In this document: positions 39,621-48,960 of the stretch, piece by piece
Numbering within the stretch: the first letter of the stretch is position 1
Layout: the number at the start of each line of letters is the position of its first letter
Assembly: GCA_965657355.1 (NCBI GenBank)
Contig: CBFHOE010000007.1
Span: forward strand, 32,001-96,000
Reading direction: 5' to 3'
From: Limisphaerales bacterium
GTDB taxonomy: Bacteria; Verrucomicrobiota; Verrucomicrobiia; Limisphaerales; JAJOIW01
Length of the DNA: 64,000 nucleotides
Notes under the pieces: model-generated
Told to the model about the DNA's origin: nothing
Database searches by the model: none
Seen by the model: the letters and a program-made list of their open reading frames with translations, nothing else
Translations under genes and position numbers: made by a program

Positions 39621-41618
39621 TCAGATGGCGGCCGGGCTTGATTTGAGATTGTCTGAAGATGATCCCTGTTCCGAATCATCAGATTCGGAGTTCTCGTTGA
39701 TAAAAGGCTCAAGATGTTCTCCTTGTCTTACCAGTCGGGCACTGTTGAAAATGACAATCAGAGAGCCAACATTGTAAAGAACGGCAGCGAGGATCGGATT
39801 GATGAATCCAAAAGCTGCAGTGCTCACACCCACAAAAATAAACAGGATGCCGAATAAAAAATTCTGATTGATTATGGAACGAGTGCTGCGAGAGAGTTGG
39901 ACTAGGAATGGAATTCTTCTAAGATCATTATTCATTAGCGCTATAGTCGCTGTATTGATAGCTACTTCACTTCCAGCGGCTCCCATGGCAATACTAATAT
40001 CTCCAGCCGCAAGTGCGGGGGCATCATTTACCCCATCGCCAACAACAGCTGTCTTAAACCCCTTATCCCTCATGTTTTTTACAAAATCTACTTTGTGTTG
40101 CGGGAGACATTCAGCAGCGACTTCTTCGCAGCCGATTTCTTCCGCCACTTTTTCAGCTACCGGCTTCCTGTCGCCGGATACCATTGCGATCCTGCGCATT
40201 CCACTTTCCTTGAGCAATGCTAGGGATTCTTTTGCCTCGTCTCGTATTCTGTCTTTCAGTGCTATCCAGCCGAGTAATTTGCCATCTTCGGCGACAAACA
40301 TCAAACTAGCACCTTCTTTTTCCTCCTGAGGCAAATCCGAATCTATGTCACTAGGCAAACCTTGAGACTTCAACCAGCTCGCCCTCCCGGCTAAGACTGT
40401 CTTGCCGTTAATAGTCGATTGAATTCCTTGCCCTGCTATTTCCTTGAAGTTACCGGGATCATCAAGTTCGATCTCTGCTTCGGTAGCCAAAAACTGTAGA
40501 GCCTTTGCCGTGGGGTGGTTACTAAATTTCTCAGCTGAAGCTGCTGTTTTGAGTAATTGAGCCGGAGTTACGCCTTCGTTAGGGGATAAACGACTAACTG
40601 CAAGTGTTCCGAAAGTTAGAGTTCCAGTTTTATCAAAGACAAAGGAATTAATTTTTGCAGCAGATTCCAAATCGCTGACATTTTTAATGAGAATACCTAA
40701 TCTGGCGGCAGCTGAGAGTGAGGCAACCATGGCGGTAGGTGATGCCAAAATAAATGCGGCTGGGCACGCCATGACCAGGACAGAGATGACCCTCAAAGGC
40801 TCTTCAGTAAACACCCAGACCATGGCAGCGATCACTAGCACAAGAGGAGTGTAGTATCCAATGTATTGGTCAATGATTCGCATTATGGGCAGTTTAGTTT
40901 TCTCAGCGGCGAGGATGAGGTTTCTGACCTTTCCCAATGTGGTGTCCTGACCGGCACGGGTTACTTTAACCTCTAGCAGACCTGTCAAATTCACAGTTCC
41001 GGCATAGACTTCGTCTTTTTCCTTCTTATCAACAGGTATGGATTCCCCAGTAATATTGGCCTGGTTTACGGACGCCTCCCCCTTTAGGACGACTCCGTCG
41101 GCTGGCACATTGTCGCCAGGACGTATACGAATAAGATCATCAACTTTTAATTCTTGGACAGCGACTTCCTTCTCTTCGCCCCCGGCTGTGATCAAACGGG
41201 CTTTTGTTGGGGTCAATTTGATAAGGGATTCAATTGATGCGCGAGCGCCCTCGGCTGTTCTAGTTTCAATGAATTCACCAACCAGCATAAAAAAAGCGAC
41301 GATCCCTGCGATTTGATATTCACCCAATGTAAAAGCAGCTAAAACGGCGATAGCCACGAGCTCGTTGATAGTGAGTTTGGCATTCACTACGTCGTTCCAT
41401 GCTTTCACCAATATTGGTATCATCAACAGCAGGGCACCAAGCATGGCGCTTGCAGCTGAAAGACTTTGAGAGCCAGGAAATAATTGTTTGACGATAATGG
41501 CATTAATTAAAAATAACACGCCTATCGCTGTTTGCTTAAAACGTAAAGGAATCGATTCCATAGATGGATTTACTAATGTAGGCTGTTGATTAGTTACTTT
41601 CTGATTAGCTTCTGACAT
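39621..41618 (-). CDS. P1B-type cation-translocating ATPase with atypical metal site
   Basis: TGES, DKTGT, SNHP, GDGVNDAPAL intact; TM motif CPAA; no N-terminal metal-binding domain. Confidence 0.92.
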   Translation of the reverse strand: MSEANQKVTNQQPTLVNPSMESIPLRFKQTAIGVLFLINAIIVKQLFPGSQSLSAASAMLGALLLMIPILVKAWNDVVNAKLTINELVAIAVLAAFTLGEYQIAGIVAFFMLVGEFIETRTAEGARASIESLIKLTPTKARLITAGGEEKEVAVQELKVDDLIRIRPGDNVPADGVVLKGEASVNQANITGESIPVDKKEKDEVYAGTVNLTGLLEVKVTRAGQDTTLGKVRNLILAAEKTKLPIMRIIDQYIGYYTPLVLVIAAMVWVFTEEPLRVISVLVMACPAAFILASPTAMVASLSAAARLGILIKNVSDLESAAKINSFVFDKTGTLTFGTLAVSRLSPNEGVTPAQLLKTAASAEKFSNHPTAKALQFLATEAEIELDDPGNFKEIAGQGIQSTINGKTVLAGRASWLKSQGLPSDIDSDLPQEEKEGASLMFVAEDGKLLGWIALKDRIRDEAKESLALLKESGMRRIAMVSGDRKPVAEKVAEEIGCEEVAAECLPQHKVDFVKNMRDKGFKTAVVGDGVNDAPALAAGDISIAMGAAGSEVAINTATIALMNNDLRRIPFLVQLSRSTRSIINQNFLFGILFIFVGVSTAAFGFINPILAAVLYNVGSLIVIFNSARLVRQGEHLEPFINENSESDDSEQGSSSDNLKSSPAAI

Positions 41619-41635
41619 AATTTAATCCCCTTTGT

Positions 41636-42772
41636 TTAGTATTTTCGTCCCACTCTCTCAGGGGCAACTGGTTTTCGATTCATTTGTAAGCGAAGCTCCT
41701 GGTTTTTATCATCGTCACCTGATTTGAAGATAAATTTCTCACGAGAGTTCTTCATCACTTTGGCCAAATTCTGAAGGTAAACTCTGTCGATGAATAAATC
41801 TGGATTCTTCTGGAATTTAGGATAAAGGAGCTCAAATTGGGTGGCCTCAGATTTCACTCCCTCAACCATCCTTAGCTTAGCGGCATTAGCTGCTGATACA
41901 ATTGATGCGGCCTCACCCTTTGCCTGTGCGGTTGTTTTCTTGGCATACCCCGTAGCCTCGCTAATCATTTTGCTTCGGTCTTGCGATTTATTCAAAGTGG
42001 CTTGGAACTTCTCACGCAATATAAGCGGAGCGTGCGTTTCAAGAACGATCTGTTCGAGACTGATACCAATGTCATATTCGTCAATGCGCTTTTGCACAAA
42101 ACTTGCAATTGTTTCCTTCAAAGCATTTCTGTCTGTTCTTAGGGCTTGTCCCACGTCGTACCTCAGCGACGCGTGGTATGTTGCCCCATCAAGAATGTTT
42201 TGAACGAGGTTGGTCGAACTGGAGAATCCAAATGCAAATTGTTCAGCGTCAACCACCCTATACCTCATAATAGCCTTTAGATGGATAAGGTTACCGTCTT
42301 TAGTAATGGTGTAGCCATCTCTTCCAGGAATCAAAGAAGGTTCACCGGTGGGTATGTATGTTCCAGCGACGTAGCTTGTCTTTTCGACCTCAGTCATGAA
42401 CCACCAACCAGTTGAAGACTCAACTGTTTGCAACTCACTCAATTTGATTGTCACGATATCGTCAATTGGAAAAGGGAATCTCCAATGCAACCCAGGCTCC
42501 AAGAGTATGGATTCGCCTTTGACTACGGGTTTGCCGAATCGCAGGACAACTGCTGTTTCCTGAACTGGAACGACAAAAAATAGAGACCTTAATAAAAATA
42601 AAACTAATATTACCAATACTCCTTTGACGATCCATTCGGTGGATTTTAAAGAAGCAGCGAGCGCTTGGGATTCAGCATCTTCCTGCGCTTTTCCTTCATC
42701 GTTTATTTCCTGATTGAGGCGTTTCTCAGCTGCCTTTTTAAGCAAATCATCTATGTTGTTGTCTTTTGACAT
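41636..42772 (-). CDS. HflK-like SPFH protein
   Basis: Single TM, 'AVVLRFGK', 'PGLHWRFPFPID', 'ITKDGNLI', Ala/Glu coiled coil 'A.GEA..I...A'. Confidence 0.85.
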   Translation of the reverse strand: MSKDNNIDDLLKKAAEKRLNQEINDEGKAQEDAESQALAASLKSTEWIVKGVLVILVLFLLRSLFFVVPVQETAVVLRFGKPVVKGESILLEPGLHWRFPFPIDDIVTIKLSELQTVESSTGWWFMTEVEKTSYVAGTYIPTGEPSLIPGRDGYTITKDGNLIHLKAIMRYRVVDAEQFAFGFSSSTNLVQNILDGATYHASLRYDVGQALRTDRNALKETIASFVQKRIDEYDIGISLEQIVLETHAPLILREKFQATLNKSQDRSKMISEATGYAKKTTAQAKGEAASIVSAANAAKLRMVEGVKSEATQFELLYPKFQKNPDLFIDRVYLQNLAKVMKNSREKFIFKSGDDDKNQELRLQMNRKPVAPERVGRKY

Positions 42773-42790
42773 AAGAGTCGGTCCTTTCTC

Positions 42791-43729
42791 TTATTTATTA
42801 TTAGATGATGTATTCTTTAACGCCTCTTGGGATGCTGAAACTCGAGATGAGTCCAGCATATCAAATGGTGGTGTGTTCGGGTCCAAAACCAATGTGGACT
42901 GGTCACCCAAAGAATCTACCATAGCCTGGATACTCAAGAGGAACTTAGCCAACTCTGGTTTTTTTTCAAATACAGCATAATATTCCGCTGCTTCTGCTTC
43001 TCCTTCGCTGATGATTTTCTTTGCAGTGGCTTCGGCCTGCGCTCGAAGAATTCCAGCTTCCTTATCAGCTTCGGATCTGATTTTTGTGGCTTCTTCCTGC
43101 CCTTCCCCTTCGAGTTGGTCGATGGTCTTCTGTTGATCTGCTTCCATTCTAGATATCACTTTTTCAGAAATAGACTGAGGCACACCAAGTCTTCGGATAC
43201 CCAGGAACTCAAACTTAACACCATATTTTTCCTCGGTGTATTTACGAACTTCATCTAGAATTTTTTTCTCGACCTCTTCTAATTTTAGTTTGGATTCGTC
43301 GGTAGAAATTAAATCTGCGAAACGGTACTGACCGATAATGTTTCTTTTGCTTGTCCTGACCTGATCTTTGAGTTGTCTTTCAGCTTCCTGGATACTTGCG
43401 TCTGGAAATTTTGGCAGGAATACTTCAGGTTTGTCGATCCTCCAACCAGCATAAACTTCAACCAAAAGATTGAATCGGTCACTAGTCAATGTTTCATCAA
43501 ATTTGTCCTCCAAGTTCTGTATACGCTTGTCAAAGCGATAAATTTTTTGAACGGGCCAAGGCCATTTTAAGTAAGCACCAGGTTTCACTATGGCTTTATT
43601 GGAAGGGGCACCAAACGTTGTCTTGATAGCCACTTCAGTGTTGCTGACTTGAAACACGAAAAGTACGGAACCAAAAAGCACAAGCAATATAATTCCAATA
43701 GCAATTGTTATTGATTTGTTATTTTTCAT
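42791..43729 (-). CDS. HflC-like SPFH protein
   Basis: N-terminal TM, 'PGAYLKWPWPVQ..YRFDKRI', 'ETLTSD', 'VISRM.A', 'GEAEAAEYY..F...PE'. Confidence 0.88.
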   Translation of the reverse strand: MKNNKSITIAIGIILLVLFGSVLFVFQVSNTEVAIKTTFGAPSNKAIVKPGAYLKWPWPVQKIYRFDKRIQNLEDKFDETLTSDRFNLLVEVYAGWRIDKPEVFLPKFPDASIQEAERQLKDQVRTSKRNIIGQYRFADLISTDESKLKLEEVEKKILDEVRKYTEEKYGVKFEFLGIRRLGVPQSISEKVISRMEADQQKTIDQLEGEGQEEATKIRSEADKEAGILRAQAEATAKKIISEGEAEAAEYYAVFEKKPELAKFLLSIQAMVDSLGDQSTLVLDPNTPPFDMLDSSRVSASQEALKNTSSNNK

Positions 43730-43784
43730 AAATTTTTAAGTATTTTTTGTTGGCTATTAATTATTAGACCTCAATCTTGAATAA

Positions 43785-45689
43785 TTACTCCATGACTTGT
43801 TCATCCACTTCATCAATGACCACGTCTTCGAGATCAGGTCTGAGTTTGTCCTCAAGATTCAGTTCGAATACCTCTGAGTCACTACCTACGCCAATGAGAT
43901 AAATTCTGGCATTAGCAGCCACAGATGAAAGAGCTTGTAAGTATGTTCGGTTGGTGTAAACCATGTTGGATGCTTCGTAAGCCTGAAGCTGATTTAGAAA
44001 TTCTGTAGAGGTTCCTTCAGCGTTCGAAACAGCTTTTGATTTGAAGAGTTCAGCCATATTGATCGCCTGAGCAGATGCCGCTCTTGCTGTTGGTATTTCC
44101 TTTAAACTGTATCCCTCTGCCTCGAATTTTTTGGTCTCTTTTGAAATTCGGGCACCGTATACGTCTTGAAATTTTTTGGCGGCTTTGATGGAGGGATGTA
44201 TATCTTGTAAGCCAACGAATATAATTGAGACCCCCATTTTTAGGTTATCTGCTTTTTCCTGTATTCTTCCCTTGAGAATCTCAGAGGCCTGCCCTAGCCC
44301 GACCGACATGACATCAAAAAAGTCCGTACTCAACATGTATCTTGTTGTTTCTTGATAAGCAATTGATTCTAAAAGTGTCGCGGCATTTTCATGCTCATAA
44401 ACCCATTCTTTTAGATCTTTAATCTTATACTGGATTGGTATGCTAACCACCATGAGGTTTACTGGCGGGACCTCTTTTTGATTGAGCGATTGGTTAAATT
44501 CGAGATCAGCGTTCTTATCAGCTACGAGCATTTCAGCAGGTTTTTCTCCCATCTCCGTCGTATGTGAGGTGGTCCATAATACTGCTGGGTTCTCTTGATC
44601 TACATCTTGTATAGGGCGATAGCCAACATAGAAGTTTTGAACCTGTTCGGTTTGATACCTATTTATAGTCTCAATGGGCCAAGGCCATTTAAAATGAAGG
44701 CCCGGGTTGAGTATGCCCTCATTCTTTGCAATGGGCTTGCCCAATCTCACGATTAGGGCTTTCTCCGTGGGCTCAATAATAACAAAACTGGTAGAAATAA
44801 GAAGGAGTGCAAGTTGAGCAACAATCACCCAACCAATAATCCTCTTAAGCAGTTTGTACATCCATGTCTGGCTGACTTTGAAGCCGAACTGGTAATCTAA
44901 TGCTTGGGCTGCTTGAGTGAATACACTTTCAGGGCGACTAAATAATTCGATAAACCTACTTTGGTAAATGACTCTTTGTTCACCAGAAGCAGATTTAGGC
45001 CTATATATTTCGAGAATTAAAGTAACCAGGTTTTCAGCGGCGAGGAGCCCGAGAAGAATAATTAAAATCTTGTTGAGATAGAGGTCGATTTTTGGAAATT
45101 CCATTTCGTATCCGGCATAGGAAATAGCAGTGGCCCCCATGAGATACGCCCCAAAAAGAATATGGTTTGCGACAGGTTTGAGTAATCGGCTTTTCTGAAA
45201 TTTGGCAAAGTTTGCGATGTAGTTGCCAACTAAGAAAACACCGACCCCAGTTACAGAAAAAAGAGCAGTAAAAACGGAGGCTCTCGGAGGGTCGGCCTGG
45301 AGTTCACCGGAAAAAACTTTCCAGAGCCATGCTGTTGCGGCTATTTCCGCGAGAGTTAAAAATATTGTAAAACCAGGGACAAAATATTTTTCAAATTGTC
45401 TCCGGCTTTGCTTAACGGTCAGAACATCAGATTCATCAGCATCAAATAGGCTGGACTGGGTGGACTTTTTAGTGAGTTCCTCGTATTCGAGAAGCTCTTC
45501 CTCTTCTTTTTGCTCAAGCCTGATTTGAAAATAAGCAACAGCACTTACTAAGAGGCCGACGACAAAAAAAGCGAGGGTCAGCTTCGCAGCTAAACCAACA
45601 TTTAAGAAAGCAAGTACTCCTACAAGAATAGTGGACACGAGAAGTGTCAAAAACCCTGTCAGACCAATCTTTTGAATTTGTGGATTCAT
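43785..45689 (-). CDS. Multi-TM protein with C-terminal HflK-like SPFH domain
   Basis: About 7 TM segments in the N-terminal half, then 'LNPGLHFKWPWPIE', 'VGLQDIHP', coiled coil. Confidence 0.82.
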   Translation of the reverse strand: MNPQIQKIGLTGFLTLLVSTILVGVLAFLNVGLAAKLTLAFFVVGLLVSAVAYFQIRLEQKEEEELLEYEELTKKSTQSSLFDADESDVLTVKQSRRQFEKYFVPGFTIFLTLAEIAATAWLWKVFSGELQADPPRASVFTALFSVTGVGVFLVGNYIANFAKFQKSRLLKPVANHILFGAYLMGATAISYAGYEMEFPKIDLYLNKILIILLGLLAAENLVTLILEIYRPKSASGEQRVIYQSRFIELFSRPESVFTQAAQALDYQFGFKVSQTWMYKLLKRIIGWVIVAQLALLLISTSFVIIEPTEKALIVRLGKPIAKNEGILNPGLHFKWPWPIETINRYQTEQVQNFYVGYRPIQDVDQENPAVLWTTSHTTEMGEKPAEMLVADKNADLEFNQSLNQKEVPPVNLMVVSIPIQYKIKDLKEWVYEHENAATLLESIAYQETTRYMLSTDFFDVMSVGLGQASEILKGRIQEKADNLKMGVSIIFVGLQDIHPSIKAAKKFQDVYGARISKETKKFEAEGYSLKEIPTARAASAQAINMAELFKSKAVSNAEGTSTEFLNQLQAYEASNMVYTNRTYLQALSSVAANARIYLIGVGSDSEVFELNLEDKLRPDLEDVVIDEVDEQVME

Positions 45690-45706
45690 TATCTAAACTC
45701 TGTATT

Positions 45707-46660
45707 TTAATGGAGTTCCCGATCGTTAAAGACCAGCACCGAAACTCCTATCATGGCCGCCAAGTATGAGATCACATAAATGAAGGCATTTAAAATATAA
45801 CTTAAAGGAACATTCTTATGTGGCTCCAATGTGTCCGCCAACCAAAGCAATTGCCAATTTGGTAAGATAGTATAAAAAAACTTTCCCCAAATAGTATCTT
45901 GCCGCTGACCAAATAAATAATCTGACATCAGGCCTACTAAAAAAAACAGCGAAACGATTGCCAAGCTCGGCACTAATTCTAGACGAGCTGAGCAAACAAC
46001 TGCAATCGCAGCAAGCATCCATAGAGCGAATGTCAGTAGCAGCACTAGTCGACAAAGCCTCCAATCAATATCAGTCCCGAAAGATTGAAGTTTACCATCC
46101 TTGTCGATGAAATTGATGATCACGAAAGCACAAAGAATAAAAAACAATAAGGAGAACACCCCGTCTAAAATGAAATGGCGACCAAGGAAATAGTTGGTAA
46201 ATCCAGCCACCCCAAAGGATAATATTATCGAGGAATAGAATATGATGATCGGCCTAACCTCAGGTTCCCCGTAGACATCAAAAGCAAGACGGCTGACAAG
46301 GAGTAATGGGATTAGGTTAGCAAATGCGGCCAAAGTGACGGCGGCAGCAACTCCGAAAAATTTTGATATTACGAATTGGTGGCGACTGACAGGCTTCGAG
46401 AGAACCGCGAGGGCCGTCCCCGTTTTAATTTCCAGACTGACGGTGTTTGAGGCGCCGAAAACAGCACAAAACAACCCAGATAAGAAGACAACTGCCAAAG
46501 CATTCTCTTTGACCATTATGGGATCATCACCAAATCCAAAATAGTAGATATTTGACAAAAAGAAAATGAAGACGACCGACACAGTCATCAATATGAGGTA
46601 GATCGGCTGACGAACTAACTCAAAAAAGGCATTGTATGCTATTTTCCAACTTCGGCTCAT
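45707..46660 (-). CDS. ABC-2 type permease (PilI-like)
   Basis: 'IAYNAFFELVRQP', 'VSLEIKTGTALAVLSKPVSR..FVISKFFG', C-terminal 'FNDREL'. Confidence 0.82.
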   Translation of the reverse strand: MSRSWKIAYNAFFELVRQPIYLILMTVSVVFIFFLSNIYYFGFGDDPIMVKENALAVVFLSGLFCAVFGASNTVSLEIKTGTALAVLSKPVSRHQFVISKFFGVAAAVTLAAFANLIPLLLVSRLAFDVYGEPEVRPIIIFYSSIILSFGVAGFTNYFLGRHFILDGVFSLLFFILCAFVIINFIDKDGKLQSFGTDIDWRLCRLVLLLTFALWMLAAIAVVCSARLELVPSLAIVSLFFLVGLMSDYLFGQRQDTIWGKFFYTILPNWQLLWLADTLEPHKNVPLSYILNAFIYVISYLAAMIGVSVLVFNDRELH

Positions 46661-46918
46661 TCTGAGATTTTAATTCAAGGAACTAACAACATTGCGTCGA
46701 CCCGTAACCTTGGGAAAAGACCAATTATCGCGATTATACGGCGGATTTTCCAAAACAATTTGTTCAAAACATAAATAAAGTTGATATCAAACATCTAATT
46801 TCAAGACAAAAATCGACGAAAACACCACAGACTGACGCAAGTGCCGACGCAATCTGGTGCCTGTAAAATAAAAATATCGGTTAATGATGAAAAATAGACA
46901 ATGAAATAAGAGATTCAA

Positions 46919-46936
46919 TGGGCGTCTGAACGCCCA
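46919..46936 (-). terminator. Hairpin, possible terminator of the DUF3299 gene
   Basis: Perfect 7-bp stem TGGGCGT/ACGCCCA with 4-nt loop, 23 nt after the stop; weak U tract. Confidence 0.45.
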
Positions 46937-46959
46937 GAAGCTCCTGTTTTATATGGGTT

Positions 46960-47856
46960 TTAGAACTCTTTGAGGTTGCCGGGCCCCACCATTTTATTAC
47001 CCTCCATCTCGTAAATTCCCACTAAATATCCATTTTCTCTAATTTCGCCGACTTTAAGCTCCCCAAAAAAGGTAACGGCTTGGTCATTTATGGGTTTGAA
47101 ACCTTTACCGTCTTTCTCAGTCTTAATTGATATCCATTCATTTATCTCGGGAACCGTGCCAAAGCAGCACATAGATTGATCCCGCATGAGGAGCAGTTCG
47201 GTAACAAGCCCTTTTTCAACCTTGAGAGGGAGCATAAATCCAGTCACGGCAACTTTCTCGCCATTCAGTTTTTTAATGTTATCTGGAATTGTAGGAACTT
47301 TTTCAGGGACTTCGGCCCCCTCCTCTATGAACATAAATTCATCTGGGATTTCGTAATTAAATGACGCAAGCCTGTTAAAATTGACTGTGAGGTAATCTGG
47401 ATCGGTAGCCAATGGCTCCGGGTCTTTAAGAGAATTGCCTATTTGGTTCGTGCTAAGGGTCTGTGGCCTTTGGTTTTCAATTACCCCTGCTAACTCGGCA
47501 ACAGAAGTTTCTATGGTGTTTTTGGAAACTTCGTTAGTAGACGCAGGAGCAGGAAAAACTTTTTCTGATGTCTCGACAATTAATTCCGATGGTTTGCTTT
47601 CCGGAATTTGAACGAGCTCAGCAGCATTCGTATCAGGCTTTGAAGTTGCTGGGTTTTCTTTATCGGGATTTCGAGGTAATTGAGGCTGAACCGGATCTTT
47701 TAATTTTTGGATTTCAGAACCTTGGATATCCATGAAATCAGAAACCTCTTTCCCATTATTCTGATTTGAGAGGTCGCCGGAATTTTGATCGGCACAACCG
47801 CAAACCAGAAAAACAACGACAAAAGTCTTAAGCCACATGAATAAGTTTTGTTTCAT
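46960..47856 (-). CDS. DUF3299 domain lipoprotein (ZrgD-like)
   Basis: Lipobox 'LVCG|C', low-complexity linker, 'LNGEKVAVTGFMLPL', 'ELLL.RDQSMCCFG..P..NEWI'; start ATG 47856. Confidence 0.8.
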   Translation of the reverse strand: MKQNLFMWLKTFVVVFLVCGCADQNSGDLSNQNNGKEVSDFMDIQGSEIQKLKDPVQPQLPRNPDKENPATSKPDTNAAELVQIPESKPSELIVETSEKVFPAPASTNEVSKNTIETSVAELAGVIENQRPQTLSTNQIGNSLKDPEPLATDPDYLTVNFNRLASFNYEIPDEFMFIEEGAEVPEKVPTIPDNIKKLNGEKVAVTGFMLPLKVEKGLVTELLLMRDQSMCCFGTVPEINEWISIKTEKDGKGFKPINDQAVTFFGELKVGEIRENGYLVGIYEMEGNKMVGPGNLKEF

Positions 47857-48250
47857 AAACTCTGCTATGAAGGTGTGAGAGAATTTGTAATAAATCAAGA
47901 AATTGTATGGAAAGACATTATTAAGGGATTCCCGCCAACCAAAAAAACATGCATTCTCAGCCCACTGAGCTGAAGCTTTTAGGCCCATCCACATGCCCAC
48001 CGTGGGGGGATAAATGATAAAAGGTCATTAATATTGCCAATGCCTCCAAAACTATCCAAGACTGTGATTTTCCATAGAAACTAAAGGTTGGAATAATGTA
48101 TTTTCAAAATCAGGATTCTCAGGAAACTATAAGACGAATTGCGATCCAATGTTCACTATTAATACAAATGACCCAAGGAAGCGATTACCTTGCCCCCCGG
48201 AGCTGGTATTAAACATGACGGGTTCCATTTAAGCAGTGAATTATTTCTCT

Positions 48251-48805
48251 TTAATCACATGCACAGTTTGTCTTCCTACATAAAAAAAAGTTTCTCGCAT
48301 GAGCACCGGCTAAAAGCAGCCCACCCAATACATTGATAAAGGTGCTTCCAGTGAGAATCTCTCCATTTTCCTTGGCTGCACAATGAGGACACGGAGCTGA
48401 AACAGGCCCTTCTGAATTGGATCCGGAGATTAAGGACGAGCCGGCTGGTGCAGCCACAGAATGGTTGAGTGTCTCTGATACAACCACTGAGACCAAAAAC
48501 AACAGTCCAAAGGCGCTAAGAATGGGGATAAACTTATCTTTATGCTGTTTGCATCCCATGAAAACGGCCACTGATGTCGTTGGAATAACAAAAAGCAACA
48601 TCCAAAAATGAAAGTTTTCGTCAACCCAGAACGTCGTTGTCAGAACCGGAAGAAATACGACAAGTATGGGGGTCACCAAACAATGCAAAGCGCACAACAT
48701 GGACATGAAAATTGCAAGTGAGTCTAGCCATTTGTGTTGGCGAGTATTGCAAATACTTTCCCTGATCATTTTACCATTGAACCCAGATAATTTAGGGTTC
48801 CTCAT
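48251..48805 (-). CDS. MerC domain membrane protein
   Basis: 'LDSLAIFMSMLCALHCLVTP', 'ENFH', 'GCKQHK', 'GGLLLAGAHARNF..CRK..CAC'. Confidence 0.85.
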   Translation of the reverse strand: MRNPKLSGFNGKMIRESICNTRQHKWLDSLAIFMSMLCALHCLVTPILVVFLPVLTTTFWVDENFHFWMLLFVIPTTSVAVFMGCKQHKDKFIPILSAFGLLFLVSVVVSETLNHSVAAPAGSSLISGSNSEGPVSAPCPHCAAKENGEILTGSTFINVLGGLLLAGAHARNFFLCRKTNCACD

Positions 48806-48960
48806 TACTTAAGGCGTGAAATGTAAGATTCCTTAAACTAGAAAAGCAATTAAATTATCTAATTAAAATGCACGTAATCCTGCATCAGCCTGGAGGAATT
48901 TAACAGTTCATTGATTTCAGGATGAAAATAAATTCCCGCGATATTCAGGGATTTTGTAAA

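Noticed and set aside
47857..48250. Extended start of the DUF3299 ORF or a riboswitch in the gap
   Set aside because: Lipoprotein signal begins at 47856; no riboswitch consensus recognised
48806..48960. Possible Zur/Fur box upstream of the MerC-domain gene
   Set aside because: Only an imperfect AT-rich dyad (GCAATTAAATTATC); cannot be told from background by eye
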